Shown piece by piece: positions 41,118 to 51,841 of a stretch of 64,000 nt of DNA. The stretch's first letter is position 1. Each line of letters begins with the position of its first letter. The stretch comes from Escherichia phage P479. The notes beneath the pieces are model-generated. The model was given only the letters and a program-made list of their open reading frames with translations. It did no database searches and was not told the DNA's origin. A program made the position numbers and the translations under genes. The stretch lies in the sequence record MW269952.1. One strand, 5' to 3'.

Positions 41118-42749
41118 TTATGGTGCTGGATTTAATGTCACAAATGTTGACAAAAGAACCCATGCATTATCAACTAGAACATACGGGAGACCATCGGCCA
41201 CAGGAGCAACAGGAGGCCTTTTGGCGAGCTCTGTTTCTAAGGCTGATACTTTACCTTCTAAAGTAGTTATCTTCGCCTCGGCCTCATCCAGGCGACCAGG
41301 GAGCGGAGTTACTGTACCTTCAAGGGTTGTCACACGAGTGGTTAATGGTGCAATTTTTGCAGTATCAAGTTTAATTGCATCAATCTCGGTTTCAGCATCG
41401 ATAATTTCAGTCCAGGTTCCTTGCTTGCGACCATATAACTTATTGTCCAATGGTGCATCGTTCAGCTTGGACGCCATCAACATATCCAAGTTAATTACAA
41501 CAGGAAGAACACCACGTTCAGCCACAGTAGCACCGTTAGGGTTTGTACCATTCATCTGACTAGTTAAAGTCAAAATAGAACCTTTCATACCAGTGTTATT
41601 TGTACCAATTTCAGCTTGTACATCCTGGAGACCTGATGCAGTTTCGTTAGCCAGCGTAGTGGTTGCATTCAACTTATACGTGATAGTGTTTGGCTCTGGA
41701 GATTGCTCTGTACCGATTCTCTGAGAAAGCCATGCAGTGGTACCACGCAAACCGGAACTTGAATCCTGGCCAACAACAACCTGTAATCCATTGACATCCG
41801 CTCGTAAAGCACTGATTCGACCATTAATTGTCAATGGCTCCAGTGCTGTTCCAATATCAGCTTCAACCTTAGTGAGTCTTGGTTTGATATTCGCAATATC
41901 TGTTTCATTGACCGAAACACGCCCACCAAGATTTTCAACGCGGGTTGTAATTGCAATCCCTGTACCAAAACCAATAGCTTCTTGAATGTTGGCAATATCT
42001 TCGTCAATTTCGACTGCTTTACCATCAAGAGTATTCAGTCTAACAAATACAGCCGGTTTACCTATTGCTAAAGTAGACTCACCTAATTCTTCGCGAATTT
42101 TAATTACTTTTACGTTAAGAGAACCAACATCAGAATCATGGTAATTGTCCTCAAGAGTCTTAATACGAACTCCATGAGCAACAATAGCCGAACTGTTATC
42201 GATGATGCGGCGTTTCATGCCTTTTGACGGATTGCCGATAACCTGGAGACCATTTATATCTTGGTCAACATACTGGCCTAATTCATTTTTAATCCACACA
42301 AGGTCATTACGAACTGTGCGATAATATGAATCAGTTAACGGGTCATAAGCACCAACATCTTCTTTTAAATTTTTAAGGCCTTCGGATGTTTCGCTTGACA
42401 GTAATTCGGTATTAAATTGACGTTCATCAAGGTCAAGAATATCCGTACGGTTTTTTTCAATTTGTTTAACAACTTCCGTGTTAGTTGTTATATCCAAAGC
42501 TTCCTGGATATTATTGACGTTATCAATAATTTCGTTGATTTTTTCTTTAGATGTATTTGAGTTGTCGTCGAGTGTATCTACGTTTGTTTGAACGCTCACC
42601 GCAGCGGCGTTCAAATTACCATCATGACCATATTTGGTACTGGCCGCAGTCATACAATCGCCGTTTTGTATCCAACGAATTCTCTGTTGACCTTCGTCTG
42701 GAATACCGATGCTATACGGCAGTTCTTTGAGACTGAGTTTATTAATCAT
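41118..42749 (-). CDS. wac: fibritin (whiskers/collar), coiled-coil with C-terminal foldon
   Basis: C-terminus ...DGLPYVLVDNAWVLLSTF resembles the recalled T4 foldon; N-terminus ...LKELPYSIGIPDEGQQRIRWIQNG similar to T4 Wac; start at the internal ATG. Confidence 0.8.
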   Translation of the reverse strand: MINKLSLKELPYSIGIPDEGQQRIRWIQNGDCMTAASTKYGHDGNLNAAAVSVQTNVDTLDDNSNTSKEKINEIIDNVNNIQEALDITTNTEVVKQIEKNRTDILDLDERQFNTELLSSETSEGLKNLKEDVGAYDPLTDSYYRTVRNDLVWIKNELGQYVDQDINGLQVIGNPSKGMKRRIIDNSSAIVAHGVRIKTLEDNYHDSDVGSLNVKVIKIREELGESTLAIGKPAVFVRLNTLDGKAVEIDEDIANIQEAIGFGTGIAITTRVENLGGRVSVNETDIANIKPRLTKVEADIGTALEPLTINGRISALRADVNGLQVVVGQDSSSGLRGTTAWLSQRIGTEQSPEPNTITYKLNATTTLANETASGLQDVQAEIGTNNTGMKGSILTLTSQMNGTNPNGATVAERGVLPVVINLDMLMASKLNDAPLDNKLYGRKQGTWTEIIDAETEIDAIKLDTAKIAPLTTRVTTLEGTVTPLPGRLDEAEAKITTLEGKVSALETELAKRPPVAPVADGLPYVLVDNAWVLLSTFVTLNPAP

Positions 42750-42757
42750 TTTGGTCC

Positions 42758-44308
42758 TTAGTAATGAATTTTGATAATATAGTTTAAAGACATATTCCAT
42801 GGGCGAGTTTCATAACCAATAAGACCTTCACGGTTTAATGTACCTAAAGCATCTCTGCCGCCACCGAGTTCAAATCCATCGTTAGTAAAATATGAAGCGT
42901 TATCCCAGTCTGCATATTTTCTTGTGCCCAGATAACCCTGATAAACTGATGCACCAAATGGAGCTTCGTTACGTTGGTATTCACCCCAACCACCCGCGTG
43001 TTTATGATATGACATTTGCTGAGCTTGTACACCACCGACCCATGAACCATCACAACCAACACCCAAACGGTCTTTACCATAACCATCTTGGCCGCGGTTA
43101 TTCAGAATATGTCCACCGGTACCAGCACCACGAACAAACAAACCACGCATATCAGGAATACCGACGTTGGTCCAATCGCCACCGAAACGAGTTCCAACAG
43201 TATTTCGATAGTCAGGGAATTGGTCACCATTAACGGTGCCACCATGGCACATAATCCAACCAGGAGGAGCACTATCACCTGCAAACATCATCACGGTTCC
43301 GACAGGAACACGTTCAGAAGCATAACGCTGTGTAGAAAGTAATTCGCCACCCATGTGAGCTGTATTGGAATCAAAATTACCGGTGGAAATATAATCTAAA
43401 GAAAGACTTCCATTAATTCGTTGACCGCCGCGAGTGTTAATTACATCAGCGTTCCAAGCCAGCGCGCCTGCACCATCGCCGCCGGGAGCAACCCCTGCCT
43501 GAGTAGTTAATCTAACAACACCGCGAATATCGGTTGTAGCACCACGACCATTAAGAGTTGCTCCGGTTACCGCAACACCATCAGCACTGTTATTAATCTC
43601 TGACTGAGTACCAAGACGAATAATCCCCGCGCGGTCTTGTGTTGCTGTACGAGCATTTAAACCAGCCGGAGAAATTGCTACACCATCACCCAAAGTTCCT
43701 GCTTGTACTTCAGCATTTGTGGCAATTCGTACTAAACCGGAAACAGTTTGTGTGGCAGTTGAATAAGTCGGAAGAGCTGCTGTTGCCTTACCAATTGCCA
43801 GAGCAACTTTCAACGGAGACATAGCTGTTGTGTCGTCTGTACCAGCTAAAGCCGCATCCTCGGTACTAATACGAAGAACGCCCAAATTATTTTCGGTACC
43901 GACACGAACAGTAAAAACATCATCAATTGTTGCTTTTAATGAAGATGGAACAATAGCCGCATCGGTTACTGTCCCGGCAATTGCTTCAGCATCGGTTGCA
44001 TAACGGGTAATACCTACATAAGTTTCTGTGGCTTGCGTAGGGATGTCTAAACGAGCTTTTAAGGTTGCTGGAGTAACTGCAGAGTCTGGACTAATACCAT
44101 CAATAACTTCTTGTGTGGTGGCTAGTCTGATGAGTCCTGCAGTCGTTTCGGAAGAGGCTGGGATATATCCATCTAACGCAATTTTATTAAGAGACCCTAA
44201 AGCCTCTTGTACGTTGGTAACAGTCGACGGGAAGGCTGTCCCCGTCGGGTCGAACGTTTTATATTCGGATTTATCGCTAATGTGTTTTAGCGTGTTAGTC
44301 GTTGTCAT
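42758..44308 (-). CDS. 12: short tail fibre protein gp12
   Basis: 516 aa; C-terminal ...HKHAGGWGEY...TRPWNMSLNYIIKIHY matches recalled T4 gp12. Confidence 0.85.
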   Translation of the reverse strand: MTTTNTLKHISDKSEYKTFDPTGTAFPSTVTNVQEALGSLNKIALDGYIPASSETTAGLIRLATTQEVIDGISPDSAVTPATLKARLDIPTQATETYVGITRYATDAEAIAGTVTDAAIVPSSLKATIDDVFTVRVGTENNLGVLRISTEDAALAGTDDTTAMSPLKVALAIGKATAALPTYSTATQTVSGLVRIATNAEVQAGTLGDGVAISPAGLNARTATQDRAGIIRLGTQSEINNSADGVAVTGATLNGRGATTDIRGVVRLTTQAGVAPGGDGAGALAWNADVINTRGGQRINGSLSLDYISTGNFDSNTAHMGGELLSTQRYASERVPVGTVMMFAGDSAPPGWIMCHGGTVNGDQFPDYRNTVGTRFGGDWTNVGIPDMRGLFVRGAGTGGHILNNRGQDGYGKDRLGVGCDGSWVGGVQAQQMSYHKHAGGWGEYQRNEAPFGASVYQGYLGTRKYADWDNASYFTNDGFELGGGRDALGTLNREGLIGYETRPWNMSLNYIIKIHY

Positions 44309-44973
44309 TACGATACTCGCTTATAATGGTAAAGTGAAATTGCGCCATTTGCTGTGCCACCTGATAATGTCTGGGTTGAAGTTCCAAGATATTCCCATGA
44401 ACCATAACCACCGCGCGGTTGCTGTGTAATAGTCTGGCTAAGCGTACAACCATATTGAGTGAAAGGTACAAAATTATGGTTTTGGTAGTCGTTATATGTA
44501 ATATTTAATATAGACTGGTCCACACTATCAATTGCAGAGCTTGACACAATTAAACTATCAGCAACAGCCGTCAGCAAAGCATCGTTAACCTTGGAAGCAA
44601 CTAATACAGCCGAATCCCCGACAATAACCTCGACCGGAATACCAAAAATGAAAAATAAAACAGTATCACCGACCCCTGCGCCAGAAATAGACCCGGTGAA
44701 TTTAATTTTATCCGACTGACTAATTGCCGCAGGAGAAAGGTTATTCGTATTAGTAATTACACTGCCAACCGGAAGCTCATATCGAAACGCAATATCATCT
44801 ATTGCGCTCTGAACTGTTGGATAAAAAATACCCTCGGTTGTTTGTGTTGCGGATGGGCCGCCGATTGCTCGTTGACCCATGACAGCCGTAATATTTTTTG
44901 ATGTATTTTGAAATTCTAAGTAACTAGCAAGGCGGGAAATTACTCCAGCCTTTTTATTCGTTAATGTTTTCAT
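44308..44973 (-). CDS. 11: baseplate wedge / short-fibre attachment protein gp11
   Basis: 221 aa (T4 gp11 219 aa); synteny. Confidence 0.8.
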   Translation of the reverse strand: MKTLTNKKAGVISRLASYLEFQNTSKNITAVMGQRAIGGPSATQTTEGIFYPTVQSAIDDIAFRYELPVGSVITNTNNLSPAAISQSDKIKFTGSISGAGVGDTVLFFIFGIPVEVIVGDSAVLVASKVNDALLTAVADSLIVSSSAIDSVDQSILNITYNDYQNHNFVPFTQYGCTLSQTITQQPRGGYGSWEYLGTSTQTLSGGTANGAISLYHYKRVS

Positions 44974-46784
44974 TAAGCAATCCTTACCCAGCGATGAGCA
45001 ATCAAATATGGAGGCATTGTATAAACCGGTTGAGCTTGAGGGTCTTGCGCCTGATTAATAGTGGCTTTGTCTTCTCTGTATTTGGTATAGGCTGGACCTT
45101 GTGCATCTGGGTCTACCTGACAACCGCCAACAACAATCGGACCATTATCATCAACAACCAAAACTTTCTCATCGGTTTCAAGTTTAGGTACGTTTATATC
45201 TTTAATATGAACTTCAACACTACCACCTGTGCCACCCGCTGTCGCTTGTGGGTTACCACCAGAATCCAGGTCATTATTGTTTGTATGGAAGTTTGAGGCA
45301 GGGTCATCAGACCAGGCAACGATTACACGTTCTTTCAAACGTTTCCATGAACCGAATCCCATATAAGTAACCGGGTTATTCGGGTTAACCGTATTTTCGT
45401 AAATTGTACCAACCGGATAGAATAATTCAAAGATAGCGCCAACAGAAGATGGAACAACTTCCTGAAGACCGACAGGTTCAACGTTTGGTGCAAACGGATT
45501 ATCAAAATCTGTAATACGTACACGACCAGTTAGGCTCAATGTATTTCCCTGAGAAACATAAAGAGTGTCAGTCTCATCACGGATTTCATCCATGGTCATA
45601 GTTGTGCCGATATCGTTATTGTACCAAATGACCGACAGAATATCACCGTCTTCAAATTCACGATAAATGCTAATACCTTCGATGCGGTTGTCATCATCAA
45701 ATTGCAGCAAATAATCCTGGGTCGATTCAGACCAGCTACCACCATTTGCACTACATTCTGCAGCAGTAGAACCTTGTGCACCTTCGCAATAAAATACTGG
45801 AGTTCCTGCAGTCCCGGCTTGGTGTTGTAAAATACTGTTAATGAATACCTGACATGCGTTTGGGTTAATTGGACTACCCGGAGAAATACCAAGTTCTTCA
45901 ATTGTAAAGGTGTGTTTGGATGTCAAATCTGTAACAATCAAAGAACCATTAATTGTTGTTTCTTTGGTCCTGTCCTGACTACGAACAAGTACATCACGAC
46001 GATTATACGAACTACGCCATTGCGCAATACCATCATTAAATGTTCGGATGATAACCGTATCACCTTCGGCACATGGCATTTTCAAACGGATACTTTTGCC
46101 GTCAAGCGCAACAATTTCGCCAGGGTTTGCACCAGGGGAACCAAATTCAGCATTCACCGGGTCGAAAATATCATCTTTACCATAAAACAGGTCGTTACCA
46201 CGATGTTTGACTTCTAAGTTCGATACGCTATACGGAATAGCACCAAACACATTGATAAAGTCAGTTTGTCCTTCGGTAGCAATAAACTGTTGGGATGCAA
46301 CTGTAGCAACGTCATTATTTGAAATTTTATCGACTTGTTTATTATCGATATATTCCCAACGACCTGGTGAACAATATACAAGTTCAAGGTCAGCTAAGTT
46401 GCGTTTAATTTCTACTGGATTTGGTGAGCCTTTAATAGTATCCCCGACTGCAGGAACAATTGTCACCGGGTTGATTTGCCAAGTAGCAAACACGTCACGC
46501 AAGCGAATTACATAATTGTATTCTTGAGTTGTTCCTTTCGGGAGGACGACTCGAACTGCACCGGCTGATGTATCGATGGTATAGCTTCGACCCATAACAG
46601 CAGACAACTCGGTGCCTTCTTGTGTAGTCCAAGTTTTCCACGCACCAGCCGCATGAGGATTTTCACCGTCACCCAGCTGATAATAAAGGTCGTCAAAGTT
46701 ATTGTTTATTTTTTGACCGCCGAGACGAAGGTAATCACCAGTACCATCATCAACCATATTGCCAATTTTTAAATTCTGTTTCAT
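44973..46784 (-). CDS. 10: baseplate wedge protein gp10
   Basis: 603 aa (T4 gp10 602 aa); synteny. Confidence 0.85.
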   Translation of the reverse strand: MKQNLKIGNMVDDGTGDYLRLGGQKINNNFDDLYYQLGDGENPHAAGAWKTWTTQEGTELSAVMGRSYTIDTSAGAVRVVLPKGTTQEYNYVIRLRDVFATWQINPVTIVPAVGDTIKGSPNPVEIKRNLADLELVYCSPGRWEYIDNKQVDKISNNDVATVASQQFIATEGQTDFINVFGAIPYSVSNLEVKHRGNDLFYGKDDIFDPVNAEFGSPGANPGEIVALDGKSIRLKMPCAEGDTVIIRTFNDGIAQWRSSYNRRDVLVRSQDRTKETTINGSLIVTDLTSKHTFTIEELGISPGSPINPNACQVFINSILQHQAGTAGTPVFYCEGAQGSTAAECSANGGSWSESTQDYLLQFDDDNRIEGISIYREFEDGDILSVIWYNNDIGTTMTMDEIRDETDTLYVSQGNTLSLTGRVRITDFDNPFAPNVEPVGLQEVVPSSVGAIFELFYPVGTIYENTVNPNNPVTYMGFGSWKRLKERVIVAWSDDPASNFHTNNNDLDSGGNPQATAGGTGGSVEVHIKDINVPKLETDEKVLVVDDNGPIVVGGCQVDPDAQGPAYTKYREDKATINQAQDPQAQPVYTMPPYLIAHRWVRIA

Positions 46785-47653
46785 TATACCGGTACTCCGA
46801 TTGTTTGGGCGGAAATTACTTTAATAGCGAGCTTCATGGCAGTGGGTGAGCTTATAGCCGCCTGAATGATATCCTGGTTATCAATTCTAAAATCGATGGC
46901 ATATATCTCATCTTCTTCATTAGTTTGTCCACGTCTGATTACAGCGTATTCTGTGCTATATACCTTGCGGTCCTTAAGGTCGATGTAAAGTAATATTTCT
47001 GATGCTTTGTATTTAGTTTCGTCTGTTGAAATAGCTGTCAGCATCAATTTGATAGTTTTATAATCTGCGCGGAAAGCAAGTGGAATATCACGAACAACCG
47101 AGCTCATATTGTATGTTTTGTCGAGCAATACAGATTGGTTGCCAAACATACTTTCAATTTTGTAGTCCCAGGTCCCTACACCGTTAGCATCGTCAATACA
47201 CCACAATGTAATTTTTGTATAAGGCTGAGTAAATTTCATTTTGTTCGTTGCAGCAGTCAGGAATGAATCCGTGCCTTGTAGTTCAACTTCCAAAGGCAAC
47301 GAGGTGGATAATGAACCATTGGAGTTAATAAAGATAACACCTTCGCCTGCTTTACCTTTTGCAATTCTTGCGGTGATAACACCTTCGGCAGTATTGACAT
47401 CTCGCATAGAACCGAGAGCAACAGTTGAGTTCCATTCGATGATATTTGTGGCTTTTTGATAGTAGCCAGTCGCATGAAGTACCTGGGAGTTTTCTCCATT
47501 GTTCACAGAGTACAGACGCTGGTCGCCGAATGTATTATACAAACTGTCTAAATCCACGTTCAGTTTACGACCGCCTTCATATAGAATATCACCGGTGCTG
47601 GCGTTACCAATCTCGCCGATGTCTACTAATAATTTTGGGGTTTGATTAATCAT
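46784..47653 (-). CDS. 9: baseplate wedge / long-tail-fibre socket protein gp9
   Basis: 289 aa (T4 gp9 288 aa); synteny. Confidence 0.85.
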   Translation of the reverse strand: MINQTPKLLVDIGEIGNASTGDILYEGGRKLNVDLDSLYNTFGDQRLYSVNNGENSQVLHATGYYQKATNIIEWNSTVALGSMRDVNTAEGVITARIAKGKAGEGVIFINSNGSLSTSLPLEVELQGTDSFLTAATNKMKFTQPYTKITLWCIDDANGVGTWDYKIESMFGNQSVLLDKTYNMSSVVRDIPLAFRADYKTIKLMLTAISTDETKYKASEILLYIDLKDRKVYSTEYAVIRRGQTNEEDEIYAIDFRIDNQDIIQAAISSPTAMKLAIKVISAQTIGVPV

Positions 47654-47680
47654 AGGTAAGCCTCGTTATTGATATAGCTA

Positions 47681-47688
47681 TATTTATA
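47681..47688 (-). promoter_or_regulatory. T4-type late promoter for gene 9
   Basis: TATAAATA on -, 28 nt upstream of the gene 9 ATG. Confidence 0.55.
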
Positions 47689-47692
47689 GAAT

Positions 47693-47716
47693 AAAAAAGG
47701 GACCCGAAGGTCCCTT
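47693..47716 (-). terminator. rho-independent terminator (GGGACC-cgaa-GGTCCC) after gene 8
   Basis: Hairpin directly after the gene 8 stop, followed on - by a T-run. Confidence 0.65.
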
Positions 47717-47717
47717 G

Positions 47718-48722
47718 CTAGAATTCAAAAATAATGTTAACTTCTTCTGTCTGGTCCATTGCACGAATAATCGGTGGGCGGTTTTCCATATAAATCATTT
47801 CCCCGGAATGACGGTCTAAATCAATTGCATCGTAGTATTCTTTGATTGCTTTGATATTTGGGTCATTAGGATGTACTTTAACTTCAAGTGGGTTGGATAT
47901 AATCGACAGCTGGCGGAAGCCTTTGTTCCCCGGGAGACTGAACTCTGGGAAATAAATGGAATCCATAAATGCTTTAAATCTGATTGTATATCCTTTGATT
48001 CTGTATATTAAACCGAAATCATCTTGTTGCCAGCTGATATTGTCTTTGTAGCCCCAACGTGATGGGTCTTCTTCGATTTCTTCAGGCCATGGAACAACAA
48101 TATATTCGTTAGTACAACGGTTGATGGATACATCAGGTGGAATCTCATACAAATATTCCCAGAGATAACCATCGCCCATATCGACTCGTCCTTCTGTATC
48201 ACCAGTCCCAGCTGGAGCTCTCGTCGAGTTATATTCTGCAGTCCATTTACCACCGAGTTTTAAACACTCTTCTTTATTGATAATAGAATAAATGGAGCAA
48301 GTCCCAACATCAGGAACGTCTACACAACGATAAACCATCCAACCTTTACCAACATCAGTTCGGTTATACGGAGCACTGTTAGCTACAACAATTTCCCCTA
48401 CTTGGAAGTTAAGCGGATTAGGATATCTGATATCGCCCCAGTCTTTACGTGGGACAACACAATCAAGCATTGACTTATAAACTTTGACTGCACCCATCAT
48501 ATTTGTCCAAGTATCTTCAACACCTTGCGCTGTGTCAACCGGATAAGGAGGGGCGAACCCCGGGTCATTCTCATTCGAAGCCCAGGGTTCAGCGCGCCCA
48601 AATGTTACATACATCGTATTCTGGTCGGGCTCGTTACCAATCATTTTATAAAAGTTATACATTTTTTCAGTTCGAAATTTCGAGGTAATTATCGAACGAT
48701 AAACTACAGATGAATTATTCAT
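47718..48722 (-). CDS. 8: baseplate wedge protein gp8
   Basis: 334 aa (T4 gp8 334 aa); synteny. Confidence 0.85.
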   Translation of the reverse strand: MNNSSVVYRSIITSKFRTEKMYNFYKMIGNEPDQNTMYVTFGRAEPWASNENDPGFAPPYPVDTAQGVEDTWTNMMGAVKVYKSMLDCVVPRKDWGDIRYPNPLNFQVGEIVVANSAPYNRTDVGKGWMVYRCVDVPDVGTCSIYSIINKEECLKLGGKWTAEYNSTRAPAGTGDTEGRVDMGDGYLWEYLYEIPPDVSINRCTNEYIVVPWPEEIEEDPSRWGYKDNISWQQDDFGLIYRIKGYTIRFKAFMDSIYFPEFSLPGNKGFRQLSIISNPLEVKVHPNDPNIKAIKEYYDAIDLDRHSGEMIYMENRPPIIRAMDQTEEVNIIFEF

Positions 48723-51700
48723 TTACCTTTACCTGTGTTGGGTCTTTCGGGTCGCGTGGATTACCAATATCATCCTTAAGACGTTGATTAACCAAATTGC
48801 GCCAGTTAGCAAAAGTCACGGCGGACTGGTCAAACAATGGACTGTATTTTTTACGACGTTCAGACGGGAGAGTCCCATGAAAATCTGAAAAATCGTTTTC
48901 GGCATCATAATCTGCCGGTAATGGGAACGGTAAACCTGCGTTAGGAGCAATATTATATACTGCTTCGCCTGTAACAGCATTATGCTCAATGTTTCCATCG
49001 GCTCCAATAACTGCGATACGGTCACACCATTCTGACGGAATACCCGACGACCAACGATAGTTGTTCAGTTTATTGATAATGGTTTCTGTGTGTTTTAATG
49101 ACAGACCAGCATTAACAAACATTGTCAATAATGTAATTCCAACGAATCCAAATCCAACCGGATGAACAAATCGCAATACGTCATTACGATAACGAGATGT
49201 CGGGAGACTTGATTTAATGGTCATTACATAGTAAGAACGATTTCGGTTGATATAATCGATGTTATTGCTAAGTAATTCTTTCCCGCGAACGCCCTGAACA
49301 ATCATGCCTTCAAAGGAAGTCCTTTCGGATTTAATTTCTTGCCCAACAATAAAGCGACCAAGCAAGTTATGAATTGTGATACGCCATCTCAATTTACCCT
49401 GTTTGTAGTCACGCTCCATATAGGTAACGTTACTGCGGCCAGTTGGTGTGTAAATTGTTTGCCCAACAATATCTTCGCTGATATTATCAGATTCGACGAT
49501 TATGTCATACTCGGTTCCGTTCTTGGATTCAATATCGATTTCAACGTCTTCATTATATAACAATTTGAATAAAAACTTATAGGATGCTTCAGTCCCCTTG
49601 GTTGCCCAAAAATCAGACTGTCTTGCTTCAAAGAAACGAACTACTTCGTCCCGCTTGGTCTTTGACAAATATATATTTCTTTTGTACATTTCACTCCAAA
49701 GGTATTCCCATGCATCTTCCTCGCGTGGGTACTGGTTGCGAATCAAGTTCAAAAGGTTGTTATAATATGTGCCAGAACCATCACTGATAAACTGTAAATA
49801 ATATTCACAGAATTTTTCGAAGTTGCTATCCTGGAGCAAATAACTATCCGGAACCATCTTTGTTAAAAGAGGACGCAAGTCCGGGTCTTTCTCTTGTTCA
49901 TCATTATCCGGGGTCCATGGAATATCATGTTCCTGGTTCTGTAATTCTGCAGTGAACATAACTTCTTTCGGTTTCCAGATTAATCTAACTTCATCACGCA
50001 TACGATAGTCGAATTCAAAATAACCAATAAGCTCACCAGTATTTTTATGTAACATAATACCCGAGGCATATTTTTTAAAGCCATTGAATTCGATGTTAGG
50101 AGAAGTAACTTTCACTTGACCTTTATTCCAGTATTCGTGCACAATACGTTCAGGGGATGAACCACCAAAGGTATCGATAATCTTTTGATACAGCATGTCA
50201 TTATATACAACCAGAGCTTTGTCTGATGTAGTAATCCAGCAACGAGTATCATCACGGCGAGACCAGTTAAAGAACGGTTCTGCGTAATATGACATACGTC
50301 CAGGTTTAAACTCTTCCCAACCTGAATCTTTATTTGACCTAAAACTCATCATCAAATAATGCTTGTCATGTATCCATTGTTCATCATACACATATTTGAC
50401 TGCTTCGTTAACTTCTTCAGGATACTTAGCGGGGAGTTCGGTATCTGGCTCAACGGAATAACGGAAGTTACTTGAACTGATAAAAAGTTCAATTCCATCA
50501 GTTGACATGCTTGTGTAACCATGTTCAATACGGCGACGTTCATCCTCTGTATTACCAAAAACTCGTGTCCATGTATCGGTATCGGTATTTAATTTATAAA
50601 CGCCCTTTGATAATGAATCGACAACATTTTCAGGCTTAGTCGGGTCTTGACGTTCTTCCTTTACTTCACCCGTGATTAATGCAAACACTTCACCGTCAAT
50701 TGAATCCATCTTGTAACAAACAGCTTTTGGGTTGCCGCTTATTGTGCTATATCCAGCTTCAAATAATTTTTCACCGAATGTTGGGGAGTTAGGGTCGTTA
50801 TCAATTGGAGCATCAGAAGATTTAGCTTTGTATACACGGTCGCGGCCAGCAACGTAAATCATGGAATCGGTCGTAGTAATTGCTTCGGCAATTGTTGAGA
50901 TATATGCCGGAAGTCTTGCGTATGTGCCAAATATTTCAATATCAAATCCGAGATTAATATCCGAACCAATTTTTGCAAATGTTATATCTTGAGAACTGAA
51001 TCGAACATCATCAGCAGACCATCTTATGTCACTTGATTTACGACCGTAAAAAATTCGGTCATACCCGAGTACGTAAGTTGTCGTATTTGATTGATAATAA
51101 ATCGTGCGCGATACCGGGTTACCGATACGGTCATTAAACAATTTTACATAATACCAGTTCTGCCCTTTATCATTGGAGACTTTGACAGTTGTCTGGAATC
51201 GTTCAAACAAATACAGTACACCACCGAGTTCAGCAATCATCGTACGATTAACATCGTTACACACTGGCTGAATACTACCCTGAATTTCATGGTATTGGTC
51301 TTCTTTTAATACATAGTTTGAAATTGAAGACAAATGAGAATAAGCAGGAGTAAAGCTAAAATCTTCAGACATCAACGATGCCATAATTGCATCATTATTA
51401 AAGTTGATATAAGCCTGATTATTGTTTGTGAATTTTTCTTCGATGAATTTATTTGTTAATGTAAACTCACGCATGTGTTCAAATGTGTATGCGTTAGTTG
51501 CAAAGGTTTCAAATTCTTCGGTATAAACCCAATCAGATTGTTCAAAACCCATTGCTGCAACAGCAACACGCATTTTGTAAAATGATACTGGACGAATAAA
51601 ATCTTGTTCGAACCATTCATTGTCTGGAGTATAACCTAAATTCCTCCATAACAGATTTTCTTCTGGAATAGCAACACCATTTTCTTTTGTCGGAGCAATC

Positions 51701-51813
51701 TCAACAAAATAATAAAAGTTGGCGCCAACATTATCCCATTTTATGCTAACCTGGTTAGCAGATAGTTTATCAATCCGTAAGCTGGTTACATAAGGGGCTT
51801 TAACACTCATCAT
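48715..51813 (-). CDS. 7: baseplate wedge initiator gp7
   Basis: Start at the internal ATG (MMSVKAPYVTSLRIDKLSANQV...) matching the recalled T4 gp7 N-terminus; about 1032 aa as in T4. Confidence 0.85.
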   Translation of the reverse strand: MMSVKAPYVTSLRIDKLSANQVSIKWDNVGANFYYFVEIAPTKENGVAIPEENLLWRNLGYTPDNEWFEQDFIRPVSFYKMRVAVAAMGFEQSDWVYTEEFETFATNAYTFEHMREFTLTNKFIEEKFTNNNQAYINFNNDAIMASLMSEDFSFTPAYSHLSSISNYVLKEDQYHEIQGSIQPVCNDVNRTMIAELGGVLYLFERFQTTVKVSNDKGQNWYYVKLFNDRIGNPVSRTIYYQSNTTTYVLGYDRIFYGRKSSDIRWSADDVRFSSQDITFAKIGSDINLGFDIEIFGTYARLPAYISTIAEAITTTDSMIYVAGRDRVYKAKSSDAPIDNDPNSPTFGEKLFEAGYSTISGNPKAVCYKMDSIDGEVFALITGEVKEERQDPTKPENVVDSLSKGVYKLNTDTDTWTRVFGNTEDERRRIEHGYTSMSTDGIELFISSSNFRYSVEPDTELPAKYPEEVNEAVKYVYDEQWIHDKHYLMMSFRSNKDSGWEEFKPGRMSYYAEPFFNWSRRDDTRCWITTSDKALVVYNDMLYQKIIDTFGGSSPERIVHEYWNKGQVKVTSPNIEFNGFKKYASGIMLHKNTGELIGYFEFDYRMRDEVRLIWKPKEVMFTAELQNQEHDIPWTPDNDEQEKDPDLRPLLTKMVPDSYLLQDSNFEKFCEYYLQFISDGSGTYYNNLLNLIRNQYPREEDAWEYLWSEMYKRNIYLSKTKRDEVVRFFEARQSDFWATKGTEASYKFLFKLLYNEDVEIDIESKNGTEYDIIVESDNISEDIVGQTIYTPTGRSNVTYMERDYKQGKLRWRITIHNLLGRFIVGQEIKSERTSFEGMIVQGVRGKELLSNNIDYINRNRSYYVMTIKSSLPTSRYRNDVLRFVHPVGFGFVGITLLTMFVNAGLSLKHTETIINKLNNYRWSSGIPSEWCDRIAVIGADGNIEHNAVTGEAVYNIAPNAGLPFPLPADYDAENDFSDFHGTLPSERRKKYSPLFDQSAVTFANWRNLVNQRLKDDIGNPRDPKDPTQVKVNE

Positions 51814-51841
51814 GGTTTCCTTAAAAAGCCTCCGAAGAGGC